Counted from the stretch's first letter, positions 7,352-16,704 are shown. The stretch is DNA of 32,000 nucleotides from Psychrobacter sp. DM4 (GCF_051307035.1 NZ_CP195537.1:11126-43125); one strand, 5' to 3'. The notes: generated by a model from the sequence alone, not told the origin. Translations and numbers: made by a program.

Positions 7352-7665
7352 TTAATTGATTAAGAGACCTGTTTTGATAGTGCCCCTGGGGTATACCCTA
7401 CGATAACAGGAAAGCCATCGCGGATGACAAAACCTGTTTAGCTTTTAAACAAAACGGGTTTGTCGATAGTATGTAAGATAAGTTCGAAAAGTAACTGGAG
7501 TGTGAGACTATTCATACTGGGTCTGAATTAAAGTTTTATTGTGATTAATTTCTGCTCAATGTTATTCATTTGTCGCCACGATGAGTGATGGCGGCTTGTG
7601 ATTTAGTTAGGAAAAATAATCTTGAGTAATAAGATACGTTTGTGGCATTTATAGCAGAGCTTGTT

Positions 7666-8028
7666 CTAGGCTTCTTTACTTACATTTTCCTGCAAGTTCT
7701 TTTTTAGTAAATGATCGAATATAAATGGGCCAAAAGGTAAGAGTGAGCCGAGTACGCCCGCAGGTATTGCCCAAAGAGGCATTTTCATTTTGATAGCTGA
7801 GCCTATAAGTATTATGATATAGGTAATAAACAACATACCGTGTGCCATACCGATGTATTTCACACCTTCTGGAATGTCCATCATATATTTTAGTGGCATG
7901 GCGATGAAGAGCAATAATAAGAAAGAGGTGCCTTCTAGATAGCCTATAAGGGTAAGACTTTTTAACGCTGTCTCTTGTTTTTTTCTAAGGCTGTGAATTT
8001 TTTCAATAGTTGGCTGAGTCTGTGACAC
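7666..8028 (-). CDS. small integral membrane protein (DUF3817-like)
   Basis: 120 aa with three or four hydrophobic helices. The pattern LEGTSFLLLLFIAMPLKY...GMAHGMLFI matches my recollection of DUF3817. Confidence 0.55.
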   Translation of the reverse strand: MSQTQPTIEKIHSLRKKQETALKSLTLIGYLEGTSFLLLLFIAMPLKYMMDIPEGVKYIGMAHGMLFITYIIILIGSAIKMKMPLWAIPAGVLGSLLPFGPFIFDHLLKKNLQENVSKEA

Positions 8029-8273
8029 TGTATTTTCCTTTTGTTATTATCAATAAAGAATTTATGGATTATTCAATGTCTCTATAATAATGGCTCTACG
8101 CAGAGCTTTTAAGTATTGAGTTTTAAGACCTAAAATGAGTGAGTACCTATACCAGTCATACATTACCTTCCAGTTCACATTTTATAAACATACTCAAGTA
8201 TAAAAAGTATTTTTCCGTATAGAGTGAATACGACGCTAGTTCATTTTGTTTGTGATAATCGGTATCAATGTGC

Positions 8274-8981
8274 TTATTTATTACGCTTACTTTCTAAAAA
8301 TATCATGTCAATTATAATCAATGCGACACCGACACAGACACCTATATCTGCAACATTGAAAAGAGGATAATTCCAGACATCAGCATAATGCACATGGATA
8401 AAGTCAACCACTTTACCAATTCTTAAACGATCGATTAAGTTGCCAATCGCACCACCAAGCATTAAGGCCAACCCCATAGATAATAGCTTGGCTGCACGTG
8501 GCGCTTTGATTAAATAAACCGTTAAAAAGATAGCCATTACAAAAGCTAAGCCTGAGAAAAACCATTTCTGCCAACCGCCAGCATTGGCTAAAAAGCTAAA
8601 TGCTGCCCCATAGTTATAAGCGAGTGTCCAGTTGAGAAATGGTTCAATGACCGGTACGGGGTCATTGAACGCTAATGTGGTTTGGGCCAACCACTTAGTC
8701 CATTGATCAAGTATTAATACCATTATCGCCAACAAATACCAGATAAAAGCGCGACTGCCATTGGCAACCATTTTTGGCATTTTGTCCAACTTATCTTTAG
8801 GTGTTATTGAGTTGCCTGAAGTCACGTACATAGCTTTAGGCGTATGATTTATGGTTTTAGAGTCAATCGATTGATGAGTACTACTCACAGCTATAGGTAC
8901 CTTCTTGTCAGCAATATTAGTACTAGCCGATTCAACGCTATTCAATTTAGTACTATCTAATCTGTCGGTAGATTCAGTCAT
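8274..8981 (-). CDS. lspA: lipoprotein signal peptidase II with a roughly 70-aa N-terminal extension
   Basis: LDQWTKW...NYGAAFSFL...GGAIGNLIDR...VVDF...FNVADIGVCVG are LspA signatures. AAGGA lies 8 nt before the ATG at 8981, and the alternative start at 8771 has a poor RBS. Confidence 0.9.
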   Translation of the reverse strand: MTESTDRLDSTKLNSVESASTNIADKKVPIAVSSTHQSIDSKTINHTPKAMYVTSGNSITPKDKLDKMPKMVANGSRAFIWYLLAIMVLILDQWTKWLAQTTLAFNDPVPVIEPFLNWTLAYNYGAAFSFLANAGGWQKWFFSGLAFVMAIFLTVYLIKAPRAAKLLSMGLALMLGGAIGNLIDRLRIGKVVDFIHVHYADVWNYPLFNVADIGVCVGVALIIIDMIFLESKRNK

Positions 8982-9122
8982 AGTTGTTTCCTTTATCTAT
9001 GTTTATACAATGAACAATGTTAAACGTATATGTTTTTGGTATACGATTATTAATCGCGCCACTTTCATAAACGGCTCCACTTACCGCTCTGGTATTATGA
9101 AACTTACGGTAATAATTTTTTA

Positions 9123-10403
9123 TTAGGGAATCTGTTGATTGATTTCAACATTAACCTGAGTCTGTTCAACGCTAATCATTATAGGATTACCCGATAAGTC
9201 GCCTGATTCTGCTATGGCATTACCGCTATGACTAATACGAGCAACGACTGCTAACTGAGTTTTGTCACTACGAGCTGAATTTAACGTGCGATCTGGCATC
9301 ATCGCATCAAGATTGCTTAAGCGGATACTAGCCTCACCTTGCTTGATAATACTAATGGGTAAACGTTTGGCGGCAAACGGAGGGCCCCCTTTCACATCAC
9401 GTATCGCTACAAACAACACATCATCAGCTTTCACTAACGGTAATAAATTAGCGTTAATTTTCACTGTCACGTCAATACCTTCTAGCGCTTGCTTTTCTTG
9501 CGTGCTAACGTAGTTGCTTAACTCATCTAAGCTTGCTAAAGCTTTAGTATGATCACCTGGTTTGGCCACAATGCTGCCTTGTAAGCGTTTAATCCAACCT
9601 TGCGCTTGGGCAAAGTTACTACTACGAGTCTCACCCATTGCCATGAGCATTTGAGCCCGTTCATGCTGCGGATTCTTAGCTAATATAGCTTGTAATAGAC
9701 GGCGAATATTGGCGTCTAACTGACCTTCATTAACAAAAAAACTAGTCTGAGCATAAGTAGTAGCAATCTCCTCGTTATCAGGTGCTAAACGATAGGCACG
9801 CGATAAGGCTTCTAACGCAGAGTCAGTCGCCTCCATCGATAAGAAAAGTTCAGATAGGCGCATCCAGCGATTAGGATCATCAGCGTTACGATGGACGTTG
9901 GTCTGCATAGCGCTAATCAACTGACGACCGTTTTCAGTCGCCCACTTTGGTGGCTTATCAATCTTAGCCGTCAATAGGTCATCAGCCACTTGTCCTACTT
10001 TGTCCTCGCTTGTCCACAAATCAAACACGGGCGTACGATTGCCTATTAGTAAGTACGCCATTGCAGCCAATATTGGGATCCAAGCTGCGACAATTAAACG
10101 GCTTTTGACATCAGGGGTGACCATAGGTGTTATCTGACGCTGCGCATCTAATAGCTGACGCTCAAGCTCCAGCTTTTGATTTTGATAATGGCTATTATTA
10201 ATAGTACCGCTGTCTTTATCTGTTTGTAGCTCAGCTAAACGTTCGCGAAATACTGCAACATTAATATCTAGCAGTTGATTGTCTATTGGTTTGGACTGCA
10301 AACGCGGTGCTCGTAGCCATGGCATAATAGCAATTAGCGCAAATATAAGAGCAATCAGCAAGCTTAGAGCTACAAATAAGCCAAAAGTAGAAAATAGGGT
10401 CAT
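9123..10403 (-). CDS. ccmI: cytochrome c maturation protein CcmI/CycH (TM + TPR)
   Basis: N-terminal TM segments, then NVAVFRERLAELQTD..., a second TM and a TPR-like C-terminus. Overlaps ccmH by 4 bp. Confidence 0.75.
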   Translation of the reverse strand: MTLFSTFGLFVALSLLIALIFALIAIMPWLRAPRLQSKPIDNQLLDINVAVFRERLAELQTDKDSGTINNSHYQNQKLELERQLLDAQRQITPMVTPDVKSRLIVAAWIPILAAMAYLLIGNRTPVFDLWTSEDKVGQVADDLLTAKIDKPPKWATENGRQLISAMQTNVHRNADDPNRWMRLSELFLSMEATDSALEALSRAYRLAPDNEEIATTYAQTSFFVNEGQLDANIRRLLQAILAKNPQHERAQMLMAMGETRSSNFAQAQGWIKRLQGSIVAKPGDHTKALASLDELSNYVSTQEKQALEGIDVTVKINANLLPLVKADDVLFVAIRDVKGGPPFAAKRLPISIIKQGEASIRLSNLDAMMPDRTLNSARSDKTQLAVVARISHSGNAIAESGDLSGNPIMISVEQTQVNVEINQQIP

Positions 10404-10975
10404 TTTTTGTCCTCTATGCTAGTAATATCGTGGTCGACATTCTTAGCTTGCGATAATAGACGATCAAGCTCAGCCTTTTCCGCAGAGGTCAAGGCAGCAG
10501 TACTGTTCACTGTAACGCCGTTTTGGCCACGGGCGACAACTTGGCGGCGTTTACTTTGCCAAAACCAGCCGATGATTAAGACGAGCAATAATAGTGGTGG
10601 AAAAAACCATAGGATCCATGTCGATGGTCGCATAGGCGGCTTGTAGCTAATAAAGTCACCGTAGCGCTCTTGCATATAGGCGCGTATTTCAGCATCACTA
10701 CGTCTATCTTTAATTAAATCATAGACTTTTTGCTTTAGATCCTGTGCAATCGGTGCATCAGAGCCTGCAAGGTTTTGATTTTGGCATTTTGGGCAGCGAA
10801 ACTCTTCTATTAATCCACGATACTGAGCTTCTTGCTGTGGTGAGTCAAAATCGTATACGTCAATAGCTGCGTTTGCCGTCATGTTAAGCAGACACGCTAG
10901 TATTAAGCTTGCTAGTTTTAAAACTATATTGAGTTTTAGTTGAGGAGCTCTTATTCGAGTAACGTTCATTTGCAC
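10400..10975 (-). CDS. ccmH: cytochrome c maturation thiol-redox protein CcmH
   Basis: FRCPKCQNQNLAGSDAPIAQDLK...MQERYGDFISYKPP contains the CxxC signature. GTG start. Confidence 0.9.
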   Translation of the reverse strand: MQMNVTRIRAPQLKLNIVLKLASLILACLLNMTANAAIDVYDFDSPQQEAQYRGLIEEFRCPKCQNQNLAGSDAPIAQDLKQKVYDLIKDRRSDAEIRAYMQERYGDFISYKPPMRPSTWILWFFPPLLLLVLIIGWFWQSKRRQVVARGQNGVTVNSTAALTSAEKAELDRLLSQAKNVDHDITSIEDKK

Positions 10976-11026
10976 ATCTCCTCAACCTGAATGAGATCAG
11001 GACTATCGTTGTTCTTATTAGCCTCA

Positions 11027-11647
11027 TTAAGTACGGTCAGGCTCATTAAGTACGGTCAGGCACGGCTTAACACGCTGTTGCCAATTGGCTTCATTAATCT
11101 CACCAACAATATGCTGACGAATGATGCCATCTCCATCCACAACAAAGGTTTCGGGCGCACCAGTTATGCCTAAGTCTAGAGCAAACTGACCTAATGAATC
11201 CTGAATAGACATAGAAAATGGATCACCGCCTCGGTTTAAGTAACTGAGCGCATTACCAATCTCATCCTTATAATTCACACCAACGATATCAACGCCACGC
11301 TCTTCTAATTGCATTAAAAACGGGTGCTCAATAACGCAAGTTGGGCACCACGAGCCCCAAACATTAATTAAAAACGGCTTATCCGGCAAATTATCATTGG
11401 TGATAGTACGGGTAGTATCTGCTAATAAAGGCAGCTCAAAGGTAGGAACTGGGCGCTCAAGAGCGGTATTGGTCACAATATTTGTTGGTTTACCTAAGCG
11501 CATATACAATATCACTACTAATCCAAAAAAGAGGATAAGCGGAATTAAGAACCATAGCTTCGTCTGCTTTTTTTTCATTGTCTTTGGGTTACGCTGCTTA
11601 CTGTTTTGGCTATCTTTTTGCTCAGGAGTATTATTCGACATAGTCAT
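11027..11647 (-). CDS. ccmG: periplasmic thioredoxin-like CcmG/DsbE
   Basis: WGSWCPTC and GAPETFVVDGDGIIR signatures. The 3' end is rewritten by a 19-bp tandem duplication (see findings). Confidence 0.9.
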   Translation of the reverse strand: MTMSNNTPEQKDSQNSKQRNPKTMKKKQTKLWFLIPLILFFGLVVILYMRLGKPTNIVTNTALERPVPTFELPLLADTTRTITNDNLPDKPFLINVWGSWCPTCVIEHPFLMQLEERGVDIVGVNYKDEIGNALSYLNRGGDPFSMSIQDSLGQFALDLGITGAPETFVVDGDGIIRQHIVGEINEANWQQRVKPCLTVLNEPDRT

Positions 11648-13696
11648 TTATTTCTCCTTTAGTGTCGACATCGTCGATGCTGAGATTGCCTGCTCAATAG
11701 CTACCTCATTGACTCCATCAGTAGCCAGATCACCAGTAACTAGCAACGGAGCTTTAACTTTTTTGATGCGGTATCGTTTATCAAGCATGCTAATTAATCC
11801 ACCTAGAGCCATGATAATTGCCCCTAACCAAATCCAGCGAATTAATGGTTTTACATAAATCCTTAATGCCCATTGGTTACTACCATCGGCAATAGGTTCG
11901 CCCAGTGCGACATAAACATCGCGCATTAGGCTAGCATCAATGGCCGCCTCAGTGGTCGGCATAGTGCTAATGATATAAGTACGCTTTTCTGGATTCAGTT
12001 TCGCCGCTTCACGACCGTTTTTGGATACCACGACTTGCGCCTGCGTTGCATCAAAGTTACTCCCCTTTATTTCAAAAAATTCAGTTACTTCAAAATCGTA
12101 ACCTTGAACATTGACTGTATCGCCAATACCCATTGCTACGTCACGCTCAATGCTCAAACTACTAGTAAAGGCTATGCCAATGACAGCAACCAATACGCCA
12201 ATATGAGCAGTCTGTTGACCCCAATAGCTCAGACGCAACTGCCGCAAACCGTTAAAAAGATTAGGCGCATTCTTAGTTTTATCTTTAAAATCAACTGCCA
12301 TCCATAGCAGTACCCAAAAGCTAACGGCTAAAGTCACACCAATATTAAGCATAGACGATGGATTAACAAAGTAAGTAATAATGGCGGCTAATACTAAGCT
12401 ACTAACGGCGATGACCATGCCTATACCCAGTAGTGGACGGGTGTCTTTTTTCCAGCGAATATTTGAGCCCATACCCATAGCTATTAATAACAGCCACGTT
12501 AAAGGTACAAATAATGCATTAAAATAAGGAGGGCCAACGGACACTTGTCCTAAACCAAAGGCATCAGCGATAATAGGGTAAAGGGTGCCGAGCAGCACCA
12601 CTAAGGTTGCAATCAAAATGATGGCGTTGTTGATCACTAAAAAGGACTCACGTGAAATCAGCTGATATTGACTTTCAACGGTTAAACGCCAACCGCGAAC
12701 GGCAAACATCAATAGACCACTACCGATGATAATGCCAAGAATAGCTAAGATGACCAAACCACGCGTCGGATCAGCGGCAAACGAATGCACTGAGGTAAGG
12801 ACTCCAGAGCGTACCAGGAACGTGCCAAGCAAGCTTAAGGCAAAGGCGAAAATAGCCAGCATGATGGTCCATGCTTTAAACACCCCGCGCTTTTCAGTGA
12901 CTGCTAATGAATGCAGCAATGCTAAGCCGACAAGCCAAGGCATAAACGAGGCGTTCTCTACCGGATCCCAAAACCACCAACCGCCCCAGCCAAGCTCGTA
13001 GTAGGCCCACCACGAGCCCAGTGCAATACCAATGGTCAAAAATCCCCAAGCCGCGAGCGCCCATGGACGTGACCAGCGTGTCCAAGCAGCATCTAAACGC
13101 CCTTCCCACAATGCCGCCATACAAAATGCAAAAGGTACTACCATACCCACATAGCCCATATATAACATGGGCGGGTGAATAATCAGACCGAAATCTTGTA
13201 GGACAGGATTTAAATCAGCGCCATCGACCGCTAGATTGGGTAAGGTACGCTCAAACGGTGACGAGGTAAATATCAGCATTGTTAGCATCATTAACTGTAC
13301 ACCGGCCAAAATAACTAATACCCGCGCACGCATTGATAACGGCAAGCCGCGACTAAAGTATGATACCAGTGCACACCATGTGGCCATGATGGTCATCCAT
13401 AGCAGCAAAGAGCCCTCGTGTCCGCCCCATGTCGCCGATAACTTATAGTACCAAGGCAACAGCGTATTGGAATGCTGCGCGACGTAACTGAGGCTAAAAT
13501 CATTATAATAAAAACCTGCTATCAAAGCACCAAATGACGTTATCATGGCGGCAAACTGTGCCCAAGCTAAGCTAGGGGCTAGTCGTTGCCAAGCAACTTG
13601 GTTACGAATAACACCAATAGTTGGCAGAATTACCTGCAATAACGCCAATACAAAAGCGGTAAGCAAGGCAAAATAGCCCAATTCTGTAATCAACAT
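11648..13696 (-). CDS. ccmF: heme lyase subunit CcmF
   Basis: 682 aa and polytopic, with the WWD motif WGGWWFWDPVENASFMPWL. Abuts ccmG with no gap. Confidence 0.95.
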   Translation of the reverse strand: MLITELGYFALLTAFVLALLQVILPTIGVIRNQVAWQRLAPSLAWAQFAAMITSFGALIAGFYYNDFSLSYVAQHSNTLLPWYYKLSATWGGHEGSLLLWMTIMATWCALVSYFSRGLPLSMRARVLVILAGVQLMMLTMLIFTSSPFERTLPNLAVDGADLNPVLQDFGLIIHPPMLYMGYVGMVVPFAFCMAALWEGRLDAAWTRWSRPWALAAWGFLTIGIALGSWWAYYELGWGGWWFWDPVENASFMPWLVGLALLHSLAVTEKRGVFKAWTIMLAIFAFALSLLGTFLVRSGVLTSVHSFAADPTRGLVILAILGIIIGSGLLMFAVRGWRLTVESQYQLISRESFLVINNAIILIATLVVLLGTLYPIIADAFGLGQVSVGPPYFNALFVPLTWLLLIAMGMGSNIRWKKDTRPLLGIGMVIAVSSLVLAAIITYFVNPSSMLNIGVTLAVSFWVLLWMAVDFKDKTKNAPNLFNGLRQLRLSYWGQQTAHIGVLVAVIGIAFTSSLSIERDVAMGIGDTVNVQGYDFEVTEFFEIKGSNFDATQAQVVVSKNGREAAKLNPEKRTYIISTMPTTEAAIDASLMRDVYVALGEPIADGSNQWALRIYVKPLIRWIWLGAIIMALGGLISMLDKRYRIKKVKAPLLVTGDLATDGVNEVAIEQAISASTMSTLKEK

Positions 13697-13817
13697 ACGG
13701 TCTAACCTTATTTACTCTAATGCGGTTGCAGTTTACTGTAGCGGTGGAATTTTTATTATTAGAACCCACCCCCGAAATCTGCTGCTATCTCTAGTTTTTA
13801 ATTGATTTCGAAGGGTT

Positions 13818-16004
13818 TTATTTAACTACTTTAGGCGCAGTTACCATTGAAGGTGCGCCTTTAAAGCGCAGTAAACGTAACGCATTGAGAGTAACGAGCA
13901 CTGTTGCTCCAGCATCAGCTAGAACCGCAATCCATAGTCCAGTAATGCCGAATACGGTCGTGATCAGAAAGACGCCTTTGAGACCTAAAGCGAAAATGAC
14001 GTTCTGATGAATGTTGCGCATGGTGGCACGCGAAAGTGCAATCAGATGGGCCATGTCTGTAACACGACTTTTTAATAATGCGATATCGGCCGTCTCAATG
14101 GCCACATCGGTACCACCACCCATCGCGATGCCAACATCAGCGGTTGCTAGTGCTGGCGCATCGTTAATACCATCACCCACCATCGCTATTTTGCTGTTAT
14201 TCTTCATCTCGTTAAGCAAGCGCAGTTTGTCCTCAGGCAACAGCTCAGCTTCCCATTCCACGTCTAAATTACTGGCAAGTGCTTGAGCAGTTAAGCGGTT
14301 GTCGCCTGTGAGCATAACAGAGCGCACACCCATCGCTTTGAGCTGAGCCACACCTTCATGAGCGTCGTCTCGTAACTCGTCTCGTAGTGCAACCAATCCA
14401 AGCACCGCGCGACTTTGCTCATCGAACAGCACTGAAACGGTTTTGCCCTCATTTTGTAGCGCCTCGATTTGTGTCTGTTGCTCGGCTGAAATTGATGCTT
14501 CATCTTCGGCGTAAACAGGCGAACCAATAGCGAACGCACGCCCAGCGACAGTCGCATGCACCGCTTTACCCGCAGTTGCAGAAGCGTTGGAGGCCACAGG
14601 TATAACAACTTTAGCAGCTTCAGCATGACTGACAATGGCTTCAGCAAGCGGATGACTAGAACCTGTCTCTACACTGGCAAAGAGTGCCAATACCTTATCT
14701 TTACCTTGAGAACCCGCATACTGTTGAGTAAAGGCAACAATATTAGTAACGCGTGGCTTACCTTCAGTTAAAGTGCCGGTTTTATCAAAAGCAACTGTTT
14801 TCACTTGGCCGATGATTTCTAAAGCACTACCGCCCTTGATCAGCAAGCCGCGGCGCGCACCGACCGCTAGACCAGAGGCGATAGCAGCTGGTGTTGAGAG
14901 CACAAGAGCACAAGGACAAGCGATCAATAATAAGGCTAGACCTCGATATAACCAAGTTGACCAATCTCCGCCCATGGTTAACGGTGGGACGATGATAATT
15001 AGGGCGGCAATAGCCATCACAGCCGGTGTATAGTAACGACTGAATTTCTCAATAAAACGGGCAGTGGGTGCTTTGGAAGCTTGCGCTTGCTCTACCAAAT
15101 CAATAATGCGCGAAATGGTGTTATCGGCGGCTGTCTTTTCTACGCGCACTTGGAGCACACCATCGATGTTAATTGACCCTGCAAATACATTGTCACCCAT
15201 CGTCTTGGCAACAGGAACAGACTCTCCCGTCACGGGCGAATCATCAAGGCTGGACGCACCTTGAACAATGGAACCATCAGCAGATACCCTATCTCCAGGA
15301 CGCACCAGCACAAGGTCATTCACTTGTAATGAAGTCGCTGGAACGTTACGCTGCCCACCTTGAGCATCAAGTAAAATTGCACTTTTCGGAACCAGCGATG
15401 ATAAGGCTCTGATGCCAGCGCGAGCGCGATCAGCAGCGATACTCTCAAACAGTTCACCGATTGAGAACAAAAAGACAACTGCTGCGGCCTCTTCAGCTTC
15501 ACCAATGATAAGTGCGCCAAGCACGGCGACGGACATCAGCGTTTCAATTGAAAAGAATGAACCTGTTTTAGCCAGTGCTAAGGCTTTGCGTGCAAATGGA
15601 AAAACGCCTACAATCACAGCGATGGCAAACACCCATATCCCATAAGCGGGGAACAGTAGTGACAGTGCATAAGCGCTGCCCATCAAAATACCGAGACCAA
15701 CAACCTGTTTGCCTTTTTGAGTTTGCCACCACCGCTTATCCTGCGGAGCCATCTGATTGTCGCTGTCAATATCAATAGCCGATACAGTTTGTTGACCAGT
15801 ATTGGCAGATATACCGAACCCTAGGCTTTTGATGGTTTTTTCGATATCACTAGCCTGAGTCGGCGCATCAGGGGCTAAATTTAGCTCTAGCGTTTCTGTA
15901 GCGAAATTCAGCTGAACATCAGAAACCCCAGGCATACGTTTCAAAGCTGTTTCAATCTTGCCGATGCAACTGGCACAGTCCATACCTTCAATATGATATT
16001 TCAT
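13818..16004 (-). CDS. cadA: P1B-type heavy-metal (Cd/Zn/Pb-type) translocating ATPase
   Basis: N-terminal HMA domain GMDCASC, TM6 CPC (IACPCALVLSTP), DKTGTLT and GDGINDAP. Metal specificity is inferred only from the adjacent regulator and operator. Confidence 0.9.
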   Translation of the reverse strand: MKYHIEGMDCASCIGKIETALKRMPGVSDVQLNFATETLELNLAPDAPTQASDIEKTIKSLGFGISANTGQQTVSAIDIDSDNQMAPQDKRWWQTQKGKQVVGLGILMGSAYALSLLFPAYGIWVFAIAVIVGVFPFARKALALAKTGSFFSIETLMSVAVLGALIIGEAEEAAAVVFLFSIGELFESIAADRARAGIRALSSLVPKSAILLDAQGGQRNVPATSLQVNDLVLVRPGDRVSADGSIVQGASSLDDSPVTGESVPVAKTMGDNVFAGSINIDGVLQVRVEKTAADNTISRIIDLVEQAQASKAPTARFIEKFSRYYTPAVMAIAALIIIVPPLTMGGDWSTWLYRGLALLLIACPCALVLSTPAAIASGLAVGARRGLLIKGGSALEIIGQVKTVAFDKTGTLTEGKPRVTNIVAFTQQYAGSQGKDKVLALFASVETGSSHPLAEAIVSHAEAAKVVIPVASNASATAGKAVHATVAGRAFAIGSPVYAEDEASISAEQQTQIEALQNEGKTVSVLFDEQSRAVLGLVALRDELRDDAHEGVAQLKAMGVRSVMLTGDNRLTAQALASNLDVEWEAELLPEDKLRLLNEMKNNSKIAMVGDGINDAPALATADVGIAMGGGTDVAIETADIALLKSRVTDMAHLIALSRATMRNIHQNVIFALGLKGVFLITTVFGITGLWIAVLADAGATVLVTLNALRLLRFKGAPSMVTAPKVVK

Positions 16005-16029
16005 AATAATTTACCCTTTGAATAATGAT

Positions 16030-16060
16030 ATTATGAACCCTATAGTGGCTTTAGAGTCAA
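16030..16060 (-). promoter_or_regulatory. MerR-type promoter with a 19-bp spacer and operator dyad for cadA
   Basis: The minus strand reads TTGACT-ctaaagccactatagggtt-CATAAT. The -35 is the reverse complement of 16055-16060 and the -10 is the reverse complement of 16030-16035. The imperfect dyad ACCCTATAG-tgg-CTTTAGAGT spans 16037-16057. Confidence 0.7.
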
Positions 16061-16146
16061 GGTTATTTATCTACAGTTTCGTAATTTTAATTTCTCTAGC
16101 GCTAGTCTTTACAGCCACTTTAATTATTTAAATCATAGAGGTTGTT

Positions 16147-16557
16147 ATGACAATCAAAATTGGTGAGCTCGCTAAACGCACAGGTGCCACAGTAGAAACC
16201 ATTCGCTATTATGAAAAAGAGCGTTTATTACCCGAGCCTTTTCGTAGCGAAGGGAATTATCGTTTATATAATGAAGAGCACATTGAGCGTCTACAATTTA
16301 TCCTACATTGCCGTACGCTCGATATGGCTTTAGATGATGTGCGAATCTTACTTGAATACTGGGAGTCGCCTGACAAGGACTGCGGCGATGTGAATAACTT
16401 GCTAGATGAGCACATTCATGCTGTGGAAATACGAATGGAAGAACTGATGCACTTAAAGCATCACTTGACCGTTTTGCGCCAGAAATGTGCAAGTAGTGCA
16501 CCAGCGTCATCATGTGGCATTTTAAACGCGCTTGTCGATAACTCCTGTCATGAGTAA
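16147..16557 (+). CDS. cadR: MerR-family metal-responsive regulator (CadR/PbrR/ZntR-like)
   Basis: The HTH is IGELAKRTGATVETIRYYEKERLL. A dimerisation helix and Cys residues (C78, C113, C122, C133) follow. Divergent from cadA. Confidence 0.8.
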   Translation: MTIKIGELAKRTGATVETIRYYEKERLLPEPFRSEGNYRLYNEEHIERLQFILHCRTLDMALDDVRILLEYWESPDKDCGDVNNLLDEHIHAVEIRMEELMHLKHHLTVLRQKCASSAPASSCGILNALVDNSCHE

Positions 16558-16625
16558 TGATATCAGTAGTGTTCATTTCTGACGGATCAAATCATGAAAG
16601 GTTAAATACGCCCTGATGTTAAGCA

Positions 16626-16665
16626 CAAAAAAACCCAGCAATGATATTAAGATCACTACTGGGTT
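16626..16665 (-). terminator. rho-independent terminator downstream of the NlpC/P60-like gene
   Basis: The stem is acccagcaatgat/atcactactgggt. On the minus strand it is followed by T7. Confidence 0.6.
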
Positions 16666-16704
16666 GGAGGAAATAACAACTATGTTGTGCTGACTTATCA
16701 GGTC

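Noticed and set aside
7388-7425. A bona fide Tn3-family 38-bp terminal inverted repeat (GGGGTATACCCTACGATAACAGGAAAG..)
   Set aside because: It starts with GGGG but lacks the usual internal and TAAG-end conservation. No partner repeat was found at the other edge of the island. It is kept only as a low-interest palindrome finding.
8905-11858. ORFs 8905-9126, 9262-9513, 10407-10646, 10991-11173 and 11397-11858
   Set aside because: They are antisense to lspA, ccmI, ccmH and ccmG, or span their junctions. Not credible as genes.
12035-13448. Plus- and minus-frame ORFs inside ccmF (12035-12307, 12726-13001, 12894-13124, 13236-13448)
   Set aside because: They are antisense or out of frame relative to a strongly supported CcmF reading frame. 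They are low-complexity translations with no motifs.
14011-15778. Nine overlapping ORFs inside cadA (for example 14291-14647, 14773-15033, 15412-15645)
   Set aside because: They are shadow ORFs of the relatively GC-rich ATPase gene. The cadA frame carries all P-type ATPase motifs.
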